From assembly GCA_913043225.1 (NCBI GenBank), contig CAJWLU010000001.1, forward strand, positions 96,001 through 160,000: a DNA stretch of 64,000 nucleotides, read 5' to 3'. Source of the DNA: an uncultured Acidobacteriota bacterium. Lineage in GTDB: Bacteria; Acidobacteriota; Vicinamibacteria; Vicinamibacterales; UBA8438. The stretch's first letter is position 1. Every line of letters begins with the position of its first letter. Both the position numbers and the translations under genes were made by a program. Positions 1-9,160 of this stretch are shown one piece after another. The notes beneath the pieces were generated by a model. It was not told the DNA's origin and ran no database searches. It was given only the letters and a program-made list of their open reading frames with translations.

Positions 1-144
1 GGGAGCCGTCCCAGAACCAGGCGCGTCTACTGCGTTCGTCGTCGCCCTCACGGCAAGCCGCTCGCCATCCCCAACATCAGAATTGAGGTGCACCGCACTG
101 CCGCTCGCCGTAGACTGATATGCACTGAACGGCGAGGTCGACGT

Positions 145-711
145 ATGAACACGCTGCTCCGCCGACCGACGTCCTGGGCCCTCTTTCTTGGACTGCTCGC
201 GACGCCGGTGCTGGCGCAACCCCAGACCCACGAGATCATCGTGGAAAGCCCGGCCATGACCACCGGAAAAACGATGCCGTCGGTCTACACGCCAGACGGG
301 CGGAACCTGTCGCCACCGATCACCTGGCGCAATCTTCCCGCCGGCACCCGCGAGATCGCCGTGGTCTGTTCCGACTTCGGCGCCGGCAATCCGCCGCCGT
401 GGGTGCACTGGATCATCTACAGCATCCCGGGCAGCGCGACCGGGCTTCCCCAGGGCCTTCCGATCATGGAGGAGACGCCGATGCCGGCCGCGCTCGAAGG
501 CGCGATCCAGGGGCTCAACGGATGGCGTCGGCCGTACTACCGCGGGCCAGCGCCTCCCGCCGGTACCCCGCATCTCTATCATTTCAAGGTCTACGCACTC
601 GATACCGAGCTCGGCCTCCAACCAGGCCTCGATCGGGAAGATCTCCTGCGCGCGATGGAAGGCCACATCATCGGCCAAGGTGAGCTGGTGCCGGTGTACG
701 AACGGTTCTAA
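145..711 (+). CDS. YbhB/YbcL family (PEBP/Raf kinase inhibitor-like) protein, secreted
   Basis: Motifs NLSPPITW, WVHWIIY, YRGPAPP and HLYHFKVYALD. Signal peptide ends VLA-Q. The ATG at 145 follows GAGG and is preferred over the ORF start at 88. Confidence 0.9.
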   Translation: MNTLLRRPTSWALFLGLLATPVLAQPQTHEIIVESPAMTTGKTMPSVYTPDGRNLSPPITWRNLPAGTREIAVVCSDFGAGNPPPWVHWIIYSIPGSATGLPQGLPIMEETPMPAALEGAIQGLNGWRRPYYRGPAPPAGTPHLYHFKVYALDTELGLQPGLDREDLLRAMEGHIIGQGELVPVYERF

Positions 712-722
712 GGACACAGGTC

Positions 723-1472
723 ATGACAGACGAACGACGGACGCTCTCACGACGGGCGCTACTCCGTGGCGCCGGCGTGGCTGGCGCCGCCGCTGCGGTG
801 ACGGCAGTGGGTGTGCCAACCGCGGCCGCGCCTCCTACGCCCGAGGCTCCCCGGCAGGGACTGGCGCCTGAGCAACCGTCCGGAATCGCACCCGCGCCGG
901 CGATCTATGAGCAGCTGACGGCTGACGAGGCAGAACTCCTCGAGGCGATCGCCGACCATCTGATTCCCGAGGACGAGCTTGGGCCAGGGGCGGTGGCTGC
1001 CGGCGCGGTGGTCTACATCGACCGTGCACTTAGCGGCGCGCTGTCCGATTCCCGCAATGCCTATCGAGGTGGTCTGGCGGCGTTTGACCGCTACTGTCGC
1101 GCATCACGCGGAGCGCCGTTCCGCGAACTCTCACACCTGGATCAGGTCTCGGCCTTGATCGACGTCGAGACCGGCGGCGCCACCGGAGCTAAAACCGGCT
1201 TCAGCGGCAGCTCGGCCAGCTTCTTCGGAATGGTGCGTAACCACGTGCTGCAGGGCACGTTCGGCGACCCGTACTATGGCGGTAATCGAGAGTACATCGG
1301 GTGGGACCTACTGCGGTATCCGGGAGTGCGCACCGCGGTCTCCCCGGCGCTCCAGGAAGCCCTGGAAGCCGGAGCGCTGGAGCCGAACCACCGCTCCGCC
1401 TACGACTCACCAAACTTCGAGAAGGCCGTCGTAGACCACCGGCGCGAGGGAGGCACTCACCATGGCGACTAG
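723..1472 (+). CDS. Gluconate 2-dehydrogenase subunit 3 (gamma/small subunit) family protein, Tat-exported
   Basis: Tat motif SRRALL. Motifs LIPED-GPGA and GTFGDPYYGGN-GWDLLRYPG. Overlaps the downstream GMC gene. Confidence 0.88.
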   Translation: MTDERRTLSRRALLRGAGVAGAAAAVTAVGVPTAAAPPTPEAPRQGLAPEQPSGIAPAPAIYEQLTADEAELLEAIADHLIPEDELGPGAVAAGAVVYIDRALSGALSDSRNAYRGGLAAFDRYCRASRGAPFRELSHLDQVSALIDVETGGATGAKTGFSGSSASFFGMVRNHVLQGTFGDPYYGGNREYIGWDLLRYPGVRTAVSPALQEALEAGALEPNHRSAYDSPNFEKAVVDHRREGGTHHGD

Positions 1473-3168
1473 GCTCCCTGGCACCGACGTGGTCATCATC
1501 GGTCTCGGCGCCGCCGGCGGCGTCGCGGCGCTCCCACTGGCCGAGGCCGGACTCGACATCGTGGGTCTCGAGGCAGGCAGCCGTCTAACCAAGCGCGATT
1601 TCGCCCCGGACGAGATCCGGAACAACGTGCGTGACTGGCCTTTCTCTGTGCGGAAGTGCGACAGTGAAATTCCAACCCTCAGACGCACGAGCGGCGGCGC
1701 CGCTGTCCAGGGTGGCGGACACCCGATGATGAACGGGGTCGGAGGCACCACGCTGCACTACTGGGCCCAGAGCTGGCGTCTGAACCCATGGGACTTCAAG
1801 GTGGTGTCGGAAACCACCAATCGTTACGGACACTCCCGAATCCCCGAAGACTCCACCGTCGAAGACTGGCCGATCGGTTATGAGGACCTCGAGTCGTACT
1901 ACGACCGGGTCGAGCACGAGATCGGCGTGTCCGGTCAGGCGGGCAACGTCCAGGGACGGATGGATGCGCGCGGCAACCCGTTCGAAGGCGCACGCGAGCG
2001 CGAATACCCTATGCCGGCGCTCAGGTGGACCAAGCACCTGAATGGTATGGCCGACGCGGCGCGCTCGCTCGGCTGGAAACCGTTCCCGGGACCAGCCGCC
2101 GTGAACTCGGAGGTGTATCAAGGGCGCTCCGGCTGCATGTATCACGGCCACTGTAATAAGGGCGGTTGCCACGTCGACGCCAAAAACTCCCCTGCCGTCA
2201 CCACCATCCCCAGGGCGGAAACCACCGGACGGCTCTCCGTCGTCACCCACGCCACGGTGACCAAGATCGAGACCGACAACAACGGTCGCGTGACGGGGGT
2301 CACCTATCTGCAGGATCGTGAGGAGTACTTTCAACCGGCCAGGTTCGTCTTCCTGTCGACCTACACCTACGAGAACGTGCGCCTTCTGCTCCTCTCAAAG
2401 TCCCGCGCGTTTCCGCTGGGACTCTCGAACAACCGGTCCCAGGTCGGCCGGCACTATCTCAGCCACCATCAGGGAGCCGGCGTCACGGCGCTATTTCCCT
2501 ACGACACCCACGCGTGGTACGGACTCCCGGCCCAAGGTGTCGCCATCGACGACTTCGCCGACGACAACTTCGACCACAGCGGCCTAGACTTTATCGGGGG
2601 CGGTAACCTCTGGGTCTACTCGGACCGGCGGCCGATCTCGGCAGCCAATATGAGCACCTTCGGCCTCGCGCCAACCTGGGGCTCGACGTGGAAGCGGTTC
2701 ATTCGGGCAAATGCCGACCGGACCAACAGCGCCTACATCCAGAAGACCACGCTGCCCTACGAATCGAACTACCTCGACCTCGACCCCGGGGTAACGGACC
2801 CGCTCGGGTTCCCCGTGATCCGGATCACGGCCGAGTACAAAGAGAACGAGCTCCGTATCGCCGACTTTCTGCAGGAAAAGATGGAGGGTTGGTATCGGGA
2901 GGCGGGCGCGATCGATGTGGTGCGCAGCCCGCTCGGTGGGCAGATGGAGGTGTCGACCCACGCCTATGGTGGCACCAGGATGGGCGACAACCCGGAGACC
3001 AACGTGGTCGACCGATACGGCATCTCGCACGAAGTCCCGAACCTAGGGGTCCTCGGGGCATCGGTCATGGGCACCAGCGGCGCTCGTAACCCAACGCTGA
3101 CCGTGCAGGCACTGGCCTGGCGCACGGCCGAACACGTCGTCAACAACTGGAGCGCGCTGGCCGAATAG
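1462..3168 (+). CDS. GMC family flavoprotein oxidoreductase (gluconate 2-dehydrogenase alpha-like)
   Basis: FAD motif VVIIGLGAAGG, GVGGTTLHY, Cys cluster CMYHGHCNKGGC, THAYGGTRMG and NPTLTVQALA. Confidence 0.9.
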   Translation: MATRLPGTDVVIIGLGAAGGVAALPLAEAGLDIVGLEAGSRLTKRDFAPDEIRNNVRDWPFSVRKCDSEIPTLRRTSGGAAVQGGGHPMMNGVGGTTLHYWAQSWRLNPWDFKVVSETTNRYGHSRIPEDSTVEDWPIGYEDLESYYDRVEHEIGVSGQAGNVQGRMDARGNPFEGAREREYPMPALRWTKHLNGMADAARSLGWKPFPGPAAVNSEVYQGRSGCMYHGHCNKGGCHVDAKNSPAVTTIPRAETTGRLSVVTHATVTKIETDNNGRVTGVTYLQDREEYFQPARFVFLSTYTYENVRLLLLSKSRAFPLGLSNNRSQVGRHYLSHHQGAGVTALFPYDTHAWYGLPAQGVAIDDFADDNFDHSGLDFIGGGNLWVYSDRRPISAANMSTFGLAPTWGSTWKRFIRANADRTNSAYIQKTTLPYESNYLDLDPGVTDPLGFPVIRITAEYKENELRIADFLQEKMEGWYREAGAIDVVRSPLGGQMEVSTHAYGGTRMGDNPETNVVDRYGISHEVPNLGVLGASVMGTSGARNPTLTVQALAWRTAEHVVNNWSALAE

Positions 3169-3185
3169 GCACGACGGGAAGCACG

Positions 3186-4943
3186 ATGAAGTACTGGTCA
3201 ACACTTCTGCTCTTGCTCGTTACCCTCCCAGCCGAGGCGCAGGACCGGCGGGCGCCGGACCCACGCTCGATGGGCGGAGGCGACTGCCGGGACAACGTCT
3301 ACAACTGCGCCGACACCCCCAACCCGCTCCCCGCGCCGGATACGGTCTGGATCGAGGAAATGACCTGGATGGACGTCCGGGATGCTCTAGCCGACGGCAA
3401 GACCACTGCCATCGTGCCAACGGGCGGAATCGAGCCGAACGGACCCTGGCTGGTAACGGGCAAGCACAATTACGTGCTCAAAGCCAACTGCGACGCCATC
3501 GCGCGGCGACTGGGCGACGCTCTCTGCGCGCCGGTCATCAAGCTGGTTCCGGAAGGTCAGATCGAGCCGCAAACCGGACATATGCGGAGCCCGGGCACGC
3601 TCTCGGTGAGGCAGGACACCTTCGAAGCGATGCTGACCGACGTGGCTCGCAGCCTGAAGACGCACGGATTCCGGAACATCGTGTTCATCGGCGACAGCGG
3701 CGGCAACCAGCAGGGGCAACGCGCGGTCGCAGAGCGACTGAATGCCGAGTGGAACAGCGGGCCGATCGTCGCGCACGTGCCGGAATACTACGACTACGAC
3801 AGCGTCCGCCGCTACATGGCCTACCGCGGCCTCGAAACCGGTGAGAGCGACGGCCTCCACGACGATCCGCTGATCACGCTGAATATGTTCTACGCCGACC
3901 CGTCATCGATCCGGTACGACGAACGGGTGGCTCGCGATCTGGCGTCTATCGACGGCGTGTCTCTGGCCGACCGCATTCGCACCCTGGAGCTAGCGCGCAA
4001 AGTGGTGGCATTCCGTGCCGCGCACACGGCTGAGGCCATCCATCGAGCGCTGGCAAACCGAGGGACGCTGCCCGCACCGCCTCGCCAGACACGACCGGCT
4101 CGTGCCTCCAACTCGACACCCAGCCCCGCTCCCGATCCTCGGAGCCTGGGCGGTGGCAGCTGCAAGGCTAACGATTACAACTGTGCCGGGACCCCCAATC
4201 CGCTTCCGACGGCCGACACGGTGTGGCTCGAGGCGATGACCTGGATAGACGTCCGGGACGCGCTGGCTTCGGGCACGACGACCGCCATCATCTCAACCGG
4301 CGGGGTAGAACCGAATGGCCCTTGGCTGGCGACCGGCAAGCACAACTTCGTGCTTCGGGCTAACTGTGAACGGATCGCCAGACGGCTGGGTGACGCCCTG
4401 TGCGCACCGGTCATCGAACTGGTGCCGGAGGGTCAGACCGACCCTCCGACCGGCCATATGCGAAGCCCTGGCACCCTCAGCCTGCAACAGGGAACGTTCG
4501 AAGCGCTCCTCACCGACGTAGCACACAGCCTGAAGATGCACGGCTTTACCAATATCGTGCTGATCGGCGATAGCGGAGGCAATCAGAGCGGCATGGCCAA
4601 TGTGGCGACCGCCCTGTCCGAACGCTGGGAGGGCGAGGTGCGAGTCGTGCACGTTCCGGAATATTACCGTGCCCCGGACGCCAGAGATGTGCTCGGCGAG
4701 CTGGGCGTTACCACCGACGCGCAGCCGAGTGACGGCCTGCACGACAACCCCACGATCACACTCAATATGATGCTGGACGATCCAGAGTCGGTGCGGTGGT
4801 CGGCCCGGGTCACGGCCCGTCAAGCCACGATCGACGGGGTGTCGATCGCGAATCTGGCCCGCTCGCTCGAGCTCGCCGAGCAAATCGCAAGCGTGAGAGC
4901 CCAACGCACCGTCGCGCGCATTCGCGAGCGACTCGGGCAGTAA
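3186..4943 (+). CDS. Secreted tandem double-domain creatininase-family protein
   Basis: Two similar halves, each with W(I/L)ExMTW, GG(I/V)EPNGPW, PGTLS and IGDSGGNQ. N-terminal signal peptide. Confidence 0.82.
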   Translation: MKYWSTLLLLLVTLPAEAQDRRAPDPRSMGGGDCRDNVYNCADTPNPLPAPDTVWIEEMTWMDVRDALADGKTTAIVPTGGIEPNGPWLVTGKHNYVLKANCDAIARRLGDALCAPVIKLVPEGQIEPQTGHMRSPGTLSVRQDTFEAMLTDVARSLKTHGFRNIVFIGDSGGNQQGQRAVAERLNAEWNSGPIVAHVPEYYDYDSVRRYMAYRGLETGESDGLHDDPLITLNMFYADPSSIRYDERVARDLASIDGVSLADRIRTLELARKVVAFRAAHTAEAIHRALANRGTLPAPPRQTRPARASNSTPSPAPDPRSLGGGSCKANDYNCAGTPNPLPTADTVWLEAMTWIDVRDALASGTTTAIISTGGVEPNGPWLATGKHNFVLRANCERIARRLGDALCAPVIELVPEGQTDPPTGHMRSPGTLSLQQGTFEALLTDVAHSLKMHGFTNIVLIGDSGGNQSGMANVATALSERWEGEVRVVHVPEYYRAPDARDVLGELGVTTDAQPSDGLHDNPTITLNMMLDDPESVRWSARVTARQATIDGVSIANLARSLELAEQIASVRAQRTVARIRERLGQ

Positions 4944-4964
4944 GCTGACCCACGCGGAGCGGGC

Positions 4965-7109
4965 GTGTCGAGACCTGCGTACTTCGCCATCGCCGCCCGA
5001 GGCACCGAGTCGGTGCTTGCCGACGAGTTCAACGCCCTGGGCATCGCGCCGGTCGCCATCGAGCGGGGTGGCGTCCGATTCGGGACCAACCTGGAAGACG
5101 GCTACCGTGCCTGCCTCTGGTCCCGTATAGCGAGCCGCATCCTGCACCCACTCGCGACCTTTGACGCACCCGACGCCGGCACGCTGTACGACGGCATCCG
5201 CGACATCTCATGGGCCGACCATCTCGAACCACGACGAACGCTGGCCGTTGATGTCGCCGGTAAGGACGCGCCGGCTGGCCCTGGACATTTCCTAGCCCTG
5301 AAGGCCAAGGACGCCATCGTCGACCGAATTCGTGAATCCTGCGGCCAACGACCAAACGTCGATACGAAGACCCCAAATCTTCGGATCAACCTCCATGTGG
5401 CTGGTCCCCGGGTCACCGTGAGCCTCGATCTCTCAGGACGGGGCCTGCACCGACGGGGCCGGGAACGGAGCGGGGCCGATGCGCCACTGAAAGAGAACCT
5501 GGCGGCCGCCATCCTGCGCCTGGCGTGCTGGCCCGACGCCGCACCGGATATCCCGCTGTTCGATCCACTCTGCGGCTCCGGGACGCTGTTGCTCGAAGCT
5601 GCGGCCATGCGCCTCGACCGCGCCCCAGGCCTGGGACGTCCACTCCCTGGAGGCGGCGGGTGGAAGGGCCACAATGCGACCTTGTGGCAACGGTTGCAGG
5701 ATGAGGCCGAGGAACGACGTCACGCATCGGAGTCACAACCAGTCCGGCTGGCTGGCGCCGACGCTGCGGCGAAGGCGGTCGCGGCGGCTCGGCGTACCCT
5801 CCAGGCAGCGCGGCTGACCGGGAAGATCACCATCGTCCAGGGCGAGTTGCGGGATGCGCAGCCGCCCTGGTCCACGCCGGGCCTCGTCGTCACCAACCCG
5901 CCCTACGGCGTTCGACTAGGCGAAGAGGGAGAGCTGGGACCGTTCTACGGACTGCTGGGCGACGTGCTCAAGCGGAGGTTCGCCGGCTGGACGGCCTGGG
6001 TTTTCACCGGGAACATCCGGCTGGGCAAGCAGATCGGTCTCCGCCCTGCCTCGCGGCACGTTCTGTTCAACGGCCCGATCGAATCACGTCTGCTCGAGCT
6101 GCCAATCGCGACTCAGCCGGTGGCAGGCACGGCCGGACCGGGATGGCGCCGGGCAAGTCCCGAAGCGAAGGCGCTGACTACCAGGCTCACCAAGAACCTA
6201 GCGCAGATCCGACCATGGGCGAAGCGGTTCGGTACCTCCTGCTACCGGATCTACGACGCCGACGTGCCTGTCTACAACCTGGCCATCGACTGGTATGAGG
6301 GCGCGGTGCGCATAGAGGAATACGCCCGCCCACGCAAAGTTCGCGTGGCAGATGCCGAGCGGCGTCTCCGCGACGCGCTGCACGTGGTGCCAGACCTTCT
6401 GGGGGTGACGGCCGAACAGGTCACGCTACGGGTACGTCAGCGCCGCGGCGCCAACCAACAACACGATCGCCGAGAAAACGCCGGACGCACCCGCGTAGTA
6501 CGGGAGGGCGGTCTCAGATTCGAAGTTAATCTCGAGGACTACCTGGACACCGGTCTCTTTCTGGACGACCGCCTGCTCCGCCACCGCATCCAGCAACGCG
6601 CGCACCGCCGGCAATTCCTGAATCTGTTTGCCTACACGTGCACGGCGTCCGTCGCGGCGGCGGCTGGCGGCGCTCTCGCCACGACGAGTATCGATCTGTC
6701 GAAGCGCCATCTCGAATGGGGGCGCCGCAACTTTCGCCTGAACGGCATCGACCCGAAAGCCCACCAACTCGTTCGAGCCGAGGCCAGTCAGTGGCTATCC
6801 TGCAGTCGAGATCGGTACGACCTGGTGCTTGTCTCACCGCCGACCCACTCGGGCTCGCGAGCGATGCAGACCGAGTTCGACATCCAGCGCGACCATGTCA
6901 CGCTCTTCGAACGTGTCTGCGACCGGCTCGCTCCAGGCGGTGAGCTCCTCTTTGCCACAAACCTGCGCAGTTTCGAGCTCGACACGGTCGTCGGGACACG
7001 GTGCCGCATAGAGGAGATCACCTCGGAAGTGACACCTCCCGACTTCGAACGCCGGCCCCGGCTCCGCGCCTGGTCCCTGAAGCTTCGAGGCGGCCGGCCC
7101 TTACAATAG
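4965..7109 (+). CDS. rlmKL: Bifunctional 23S rRNA methyltransferase RlmKL
   Basis: YRACLWSRIASR, THUMP region, APLKENLAAAIL, DPLCGSGT and NPPYG. The second domain has CYRIYDAD and NLEDYLDTGLFLD. Length 714 aa. Confidence 0.9.
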   Translation: MSRPAYFAIAARGTESVLADEFNALGIAPVAIERGGVRFGTNLEDGYRACLWSRIASRILHPLATFDAPDAGTLYDGIRDISWADHLEPRRTLAVDVAGKDAPAGPGHFLALKAKDAIVDRIRESCGQRPNVDTKTPNLRINLHVAGPRVTVSLDLSGRGLHRRGRERSGADAPLKENLAAAILRLACWPDAAPDIPLFDPLCGSGTLLLEAAAMRLDRAPGLGRPLPGGGGWKGHNATLWQRLQDEAEERRHASESQPVRLAGADAAAKAVAAARRTLQAARLTGKITIVQGELRDAQPPWSTPGLVVTNPPYGVRLGEEGELGPFYGLLGDVLKRRFAGWTAWVFTGNIRLGKQIGLRPASRHVLFNGPIESRLLELPIATQPVAGTAGPGWRRASPEAKALTTRLTKNLAQIRPWAKRFGTSCYRIYDADVPVYNLAIDWYEGAVRIEEYARPRKVRVADAERRLRDALHVVPDLLGVTAEQVTLRVRQRRGANQQHDRRENAGRTRVVREGGLRFEVNLEDYLDTGLFLDDRLLRHRIQQRAHRRQFLNLFAYTCTASVAAAAGGALATTSIDLSKRHLEWGRRNFRLNGIDPKAHQLVRAEASQWLSCSRDRYDLVLVSPPTHSGSRAMQTEFDIQRDHVTLFERVCDRLAPGGELLFATNLRSFELDTVVGTRCRIEEITSEVTPPDFERRPRLRAWSLKLRGGRPLQ

Positions 7110-7113
7110 CGAC

Positions 7114-7596
7114 ATGGCAAAGCGGTACTGGTTGATGAAATGCGAACCGAGCGCCTACAGCATCGGCGACCTCGAGCGCGATGGGGAAACCTGCTGGGAA
7201 GGCGTCCGCAACTTTCAGGCACGCAACTTCATGCGGGACGACATGCAGATTGGCGACGGCGTCCTCTTCTACGCTTCGAACGCGGATCCGTCTGGTGTCT
7301 CAGGCCTGGCGACGATCGCCAAGACCGGCTATCCGGATCACTTCGCGTGGAAGAAAAACCACAAGTACTTCGATGTCCGAAGCACCAAGGAAAAGCCGAT
7401 CTGGTTCATGGTGGACCTAGCCTTTCAGGAGCGATTCTCGGACACCGTACCACTGTCCGCCTTGAAAGGGACCAAGGGCCTAGAAGAGATGAAGGTGGTG
7501 CAGAAAGGGAGTCGCCTGTCGGTGCAGCCGGTCACCAAGAAGGAATACGACATCGTCGTCAGGCTCAATCGCAAGACGAAAACAGCCGCAGGCTAG
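7114..7596 (+). CDS. EVE domain-containing protein
   Basis: YWLMKCEP, WEGVRNFQARNFMR and RLSVQPVT. Confidence 0.92.
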   Translation: MAKRYWLMKCEPSAYSIGDLERDGETCWEGVRNFQARNFMRDDMQIGDGVLFYASNADPSGVSGLATIAKTGYPDHFAWKKNHKYFDVRSTKEKPIWFMVDLAFQERFSDTVPLSALKGTKGLEEMKVVQKGSRLSVQPVTKKEYDIVVRLNRKTKTAAG

Positions 7597-7635
7597 GTCA
7601 GCCTGCGGCCCTGGCCATCTCCCGTTCGGGACGCG

Positions 7636-9063
7636 TCAGTTGTTCGTGGGTTCAACCACGGCCTTGATCATTTCCCGCAGCAGCCCCCAGCGATCGAAAC
7701 CCTGGCGGCCGTAGTCGAGTCCCCGCCGGACGATCACCAGATCGTGCGACGGCGCGATCACGACGAACTGGCCGCGGTTACCAGACGTCGAATAGGCGTC
7801 CCTCGGGACGTCGTCGCGCCCTTCCGGAACCAGCCAGAACTGGCCGCCGTAATGCCCCCCGCGCCCAACGGTGGCCGGGGCCGGCGTGCGAATGAAGTCG
7901 ATCCACGACTCCGAGACGAGCCGCTCGCCGTTCCAAACCCCGCCGTTCAGATACAGGAGTCCGAACCGCGCGAGGTCTCTGGCGTTGGTGTAGATCTGGC
8001 TGCTGAGGATGAAGTCGCCGAAGCGATCGGTGCTGAGCAGGGTGTTCCGCATCCCGATCTTGTCGAGCAGCCTGTGACGAGGGAACTCCAGATAGGCCTG
8101 ATCGTCCCCGATCACCTGCTTCATCTTGTAGACCGCCAGCAGGGTGTCGTAGTTCTCGTAGTCCCAGTTCGTCCCGGGCTTGCGAATCAGCGCCTGCCTG
8201 AGCGCGCCGGTCACCGAGCTGGCGCCGGCCCAGTAGGACATGCCGGAGCCGGTGGCATACTCCCGACCGGCGTTGTCGATGGTGTCGAGCCCGCTCGACA
8301 TGTTCAGCACGTGCCGCAGCGTGACCTCGCTCCGCGGGTCCTCTCCAGGCACACGGGTGCGCGGCAGCCACTCGAACCCCAACGACTCGTCGAGCTGCAT
8401 CTTTCCCTCGTCGACCAGCATGCCGATGAGTGTCGACGCGATGCTCTTCGCCGTGGACCAGGTGCGAGTTCGGGTGGTCATGTCCACCCCTGGCGCGTAG
8501 CGCTCGTGGATGATGTGCCCGTCGTGTACGACCAGGAGACTCAGCGTGTCCTGTTCCGGGGTGTCTCGCTCGAACGCCCAGTCCGAAGCGGCCTGGAGCG
8601 CGCCCGCGTCGATCCCCGGAGGCAGCGACATGTCCGCCACCAGGTCACCATCGGGCCAGGCGATAGTCGCCGGATCACCCTCCGGATACTGCAGCGTGAG
8701 CTCAGGCAGCGCCTCGATATCGGTGAGGGTTTGGTCCGGCGGCAGGATGACGCACCCTATCCCTTCCCGAAACGCCGCCCGCATGACCGGTACTGCGCCC
8801 TCGGTCCCGATGATGACGGCCCGGCGGGCCTGGTCGATCTCGTAGGGGTGTACCTCTGGTAGAAACGCCAGTTCCTGCGCCACCACACTCTCGAGACTGC
8901 GGTTCGAGGTAAACAGGCCGTTGCACATGAAGATAGCCTGCTGCCCCCGCCGGATCATGTCCCGCTGCGGCTGCCAGTAGTCGTAGCGCTCTTCCTGCTG
9001 TGCAACAGCCGACAGCGGCGCGAGCAGCGCCAACCCGACGAGCACGGTCAACGTGCGCTTCAT
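7636..9063 (-). CDS. Secreted serine hydrolase, beta-lactamase class C-like family
   Basis: SxxK motif WSTAKS, YEN, LRHVLNMSSGL and ARDLARFGLLYL. Signal peptide present. Confidence 0.88.
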   Translation of the reverse strand: MKRTLTVLVGLALLAPLSAVAQQEERYDYWQPQRDMIRRGQQAIFMCNGLFTSNRSLESVVAQELAFLPEVHPYEIDQARRAVIIGTEGAVPVMRAAFREGIGCVILPPDQTLTDIEALPELTLQYPEGDPATIAWPDGDLVADMSLPPGIDAGALQAASDWAFERDTPEQDTLSLLVVHDGHIIHERYAPGVDMTTRTRTWSTAKSIASTLIGMLVDEGKMQLDESLGFEWLPRTRVPGEDPRSEVTLRHVLNMSSGLDTIDNAGREYATGSGMSYWAGASSVTGALRQALIRKPGTNWDYENYDTLLAVYKMKQVIGDDQAYLEFPRHRLLDKIGMRNTLLSTDRFGDFILSSQIYTNARDLARFGLLYLNGGVWNGERLVSESWIDFIRTPAPATVGRGGHYGGQFWLVPEGRDDVPRDAYSTSGNRGQFVVIAPSHDLVIVRRGLDYGRQGFDRWGLLREMIKAVVEPTNN

Positions 9064-9120
9064 CTGCCCCTCCTCAGAGGTACTCTTACCTCAAACTGAA
9101 TCCCCAAATTATATCGACCG

Positions 9121-9146
9121 GAAGCCTGAAGCCGCAGGCCGACAGC
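9121..9146. repeat. Degenerate heptamer repeat (AAGCCTG-like), intergenic
   Basis: gAAGCCTG-AAGCCGC-AGGCCGA-CAGC, just downstream of the E2 stop codon. Confidence 0.55.
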
Positions 9147-9160
9147 AACCGTCGGACTGC

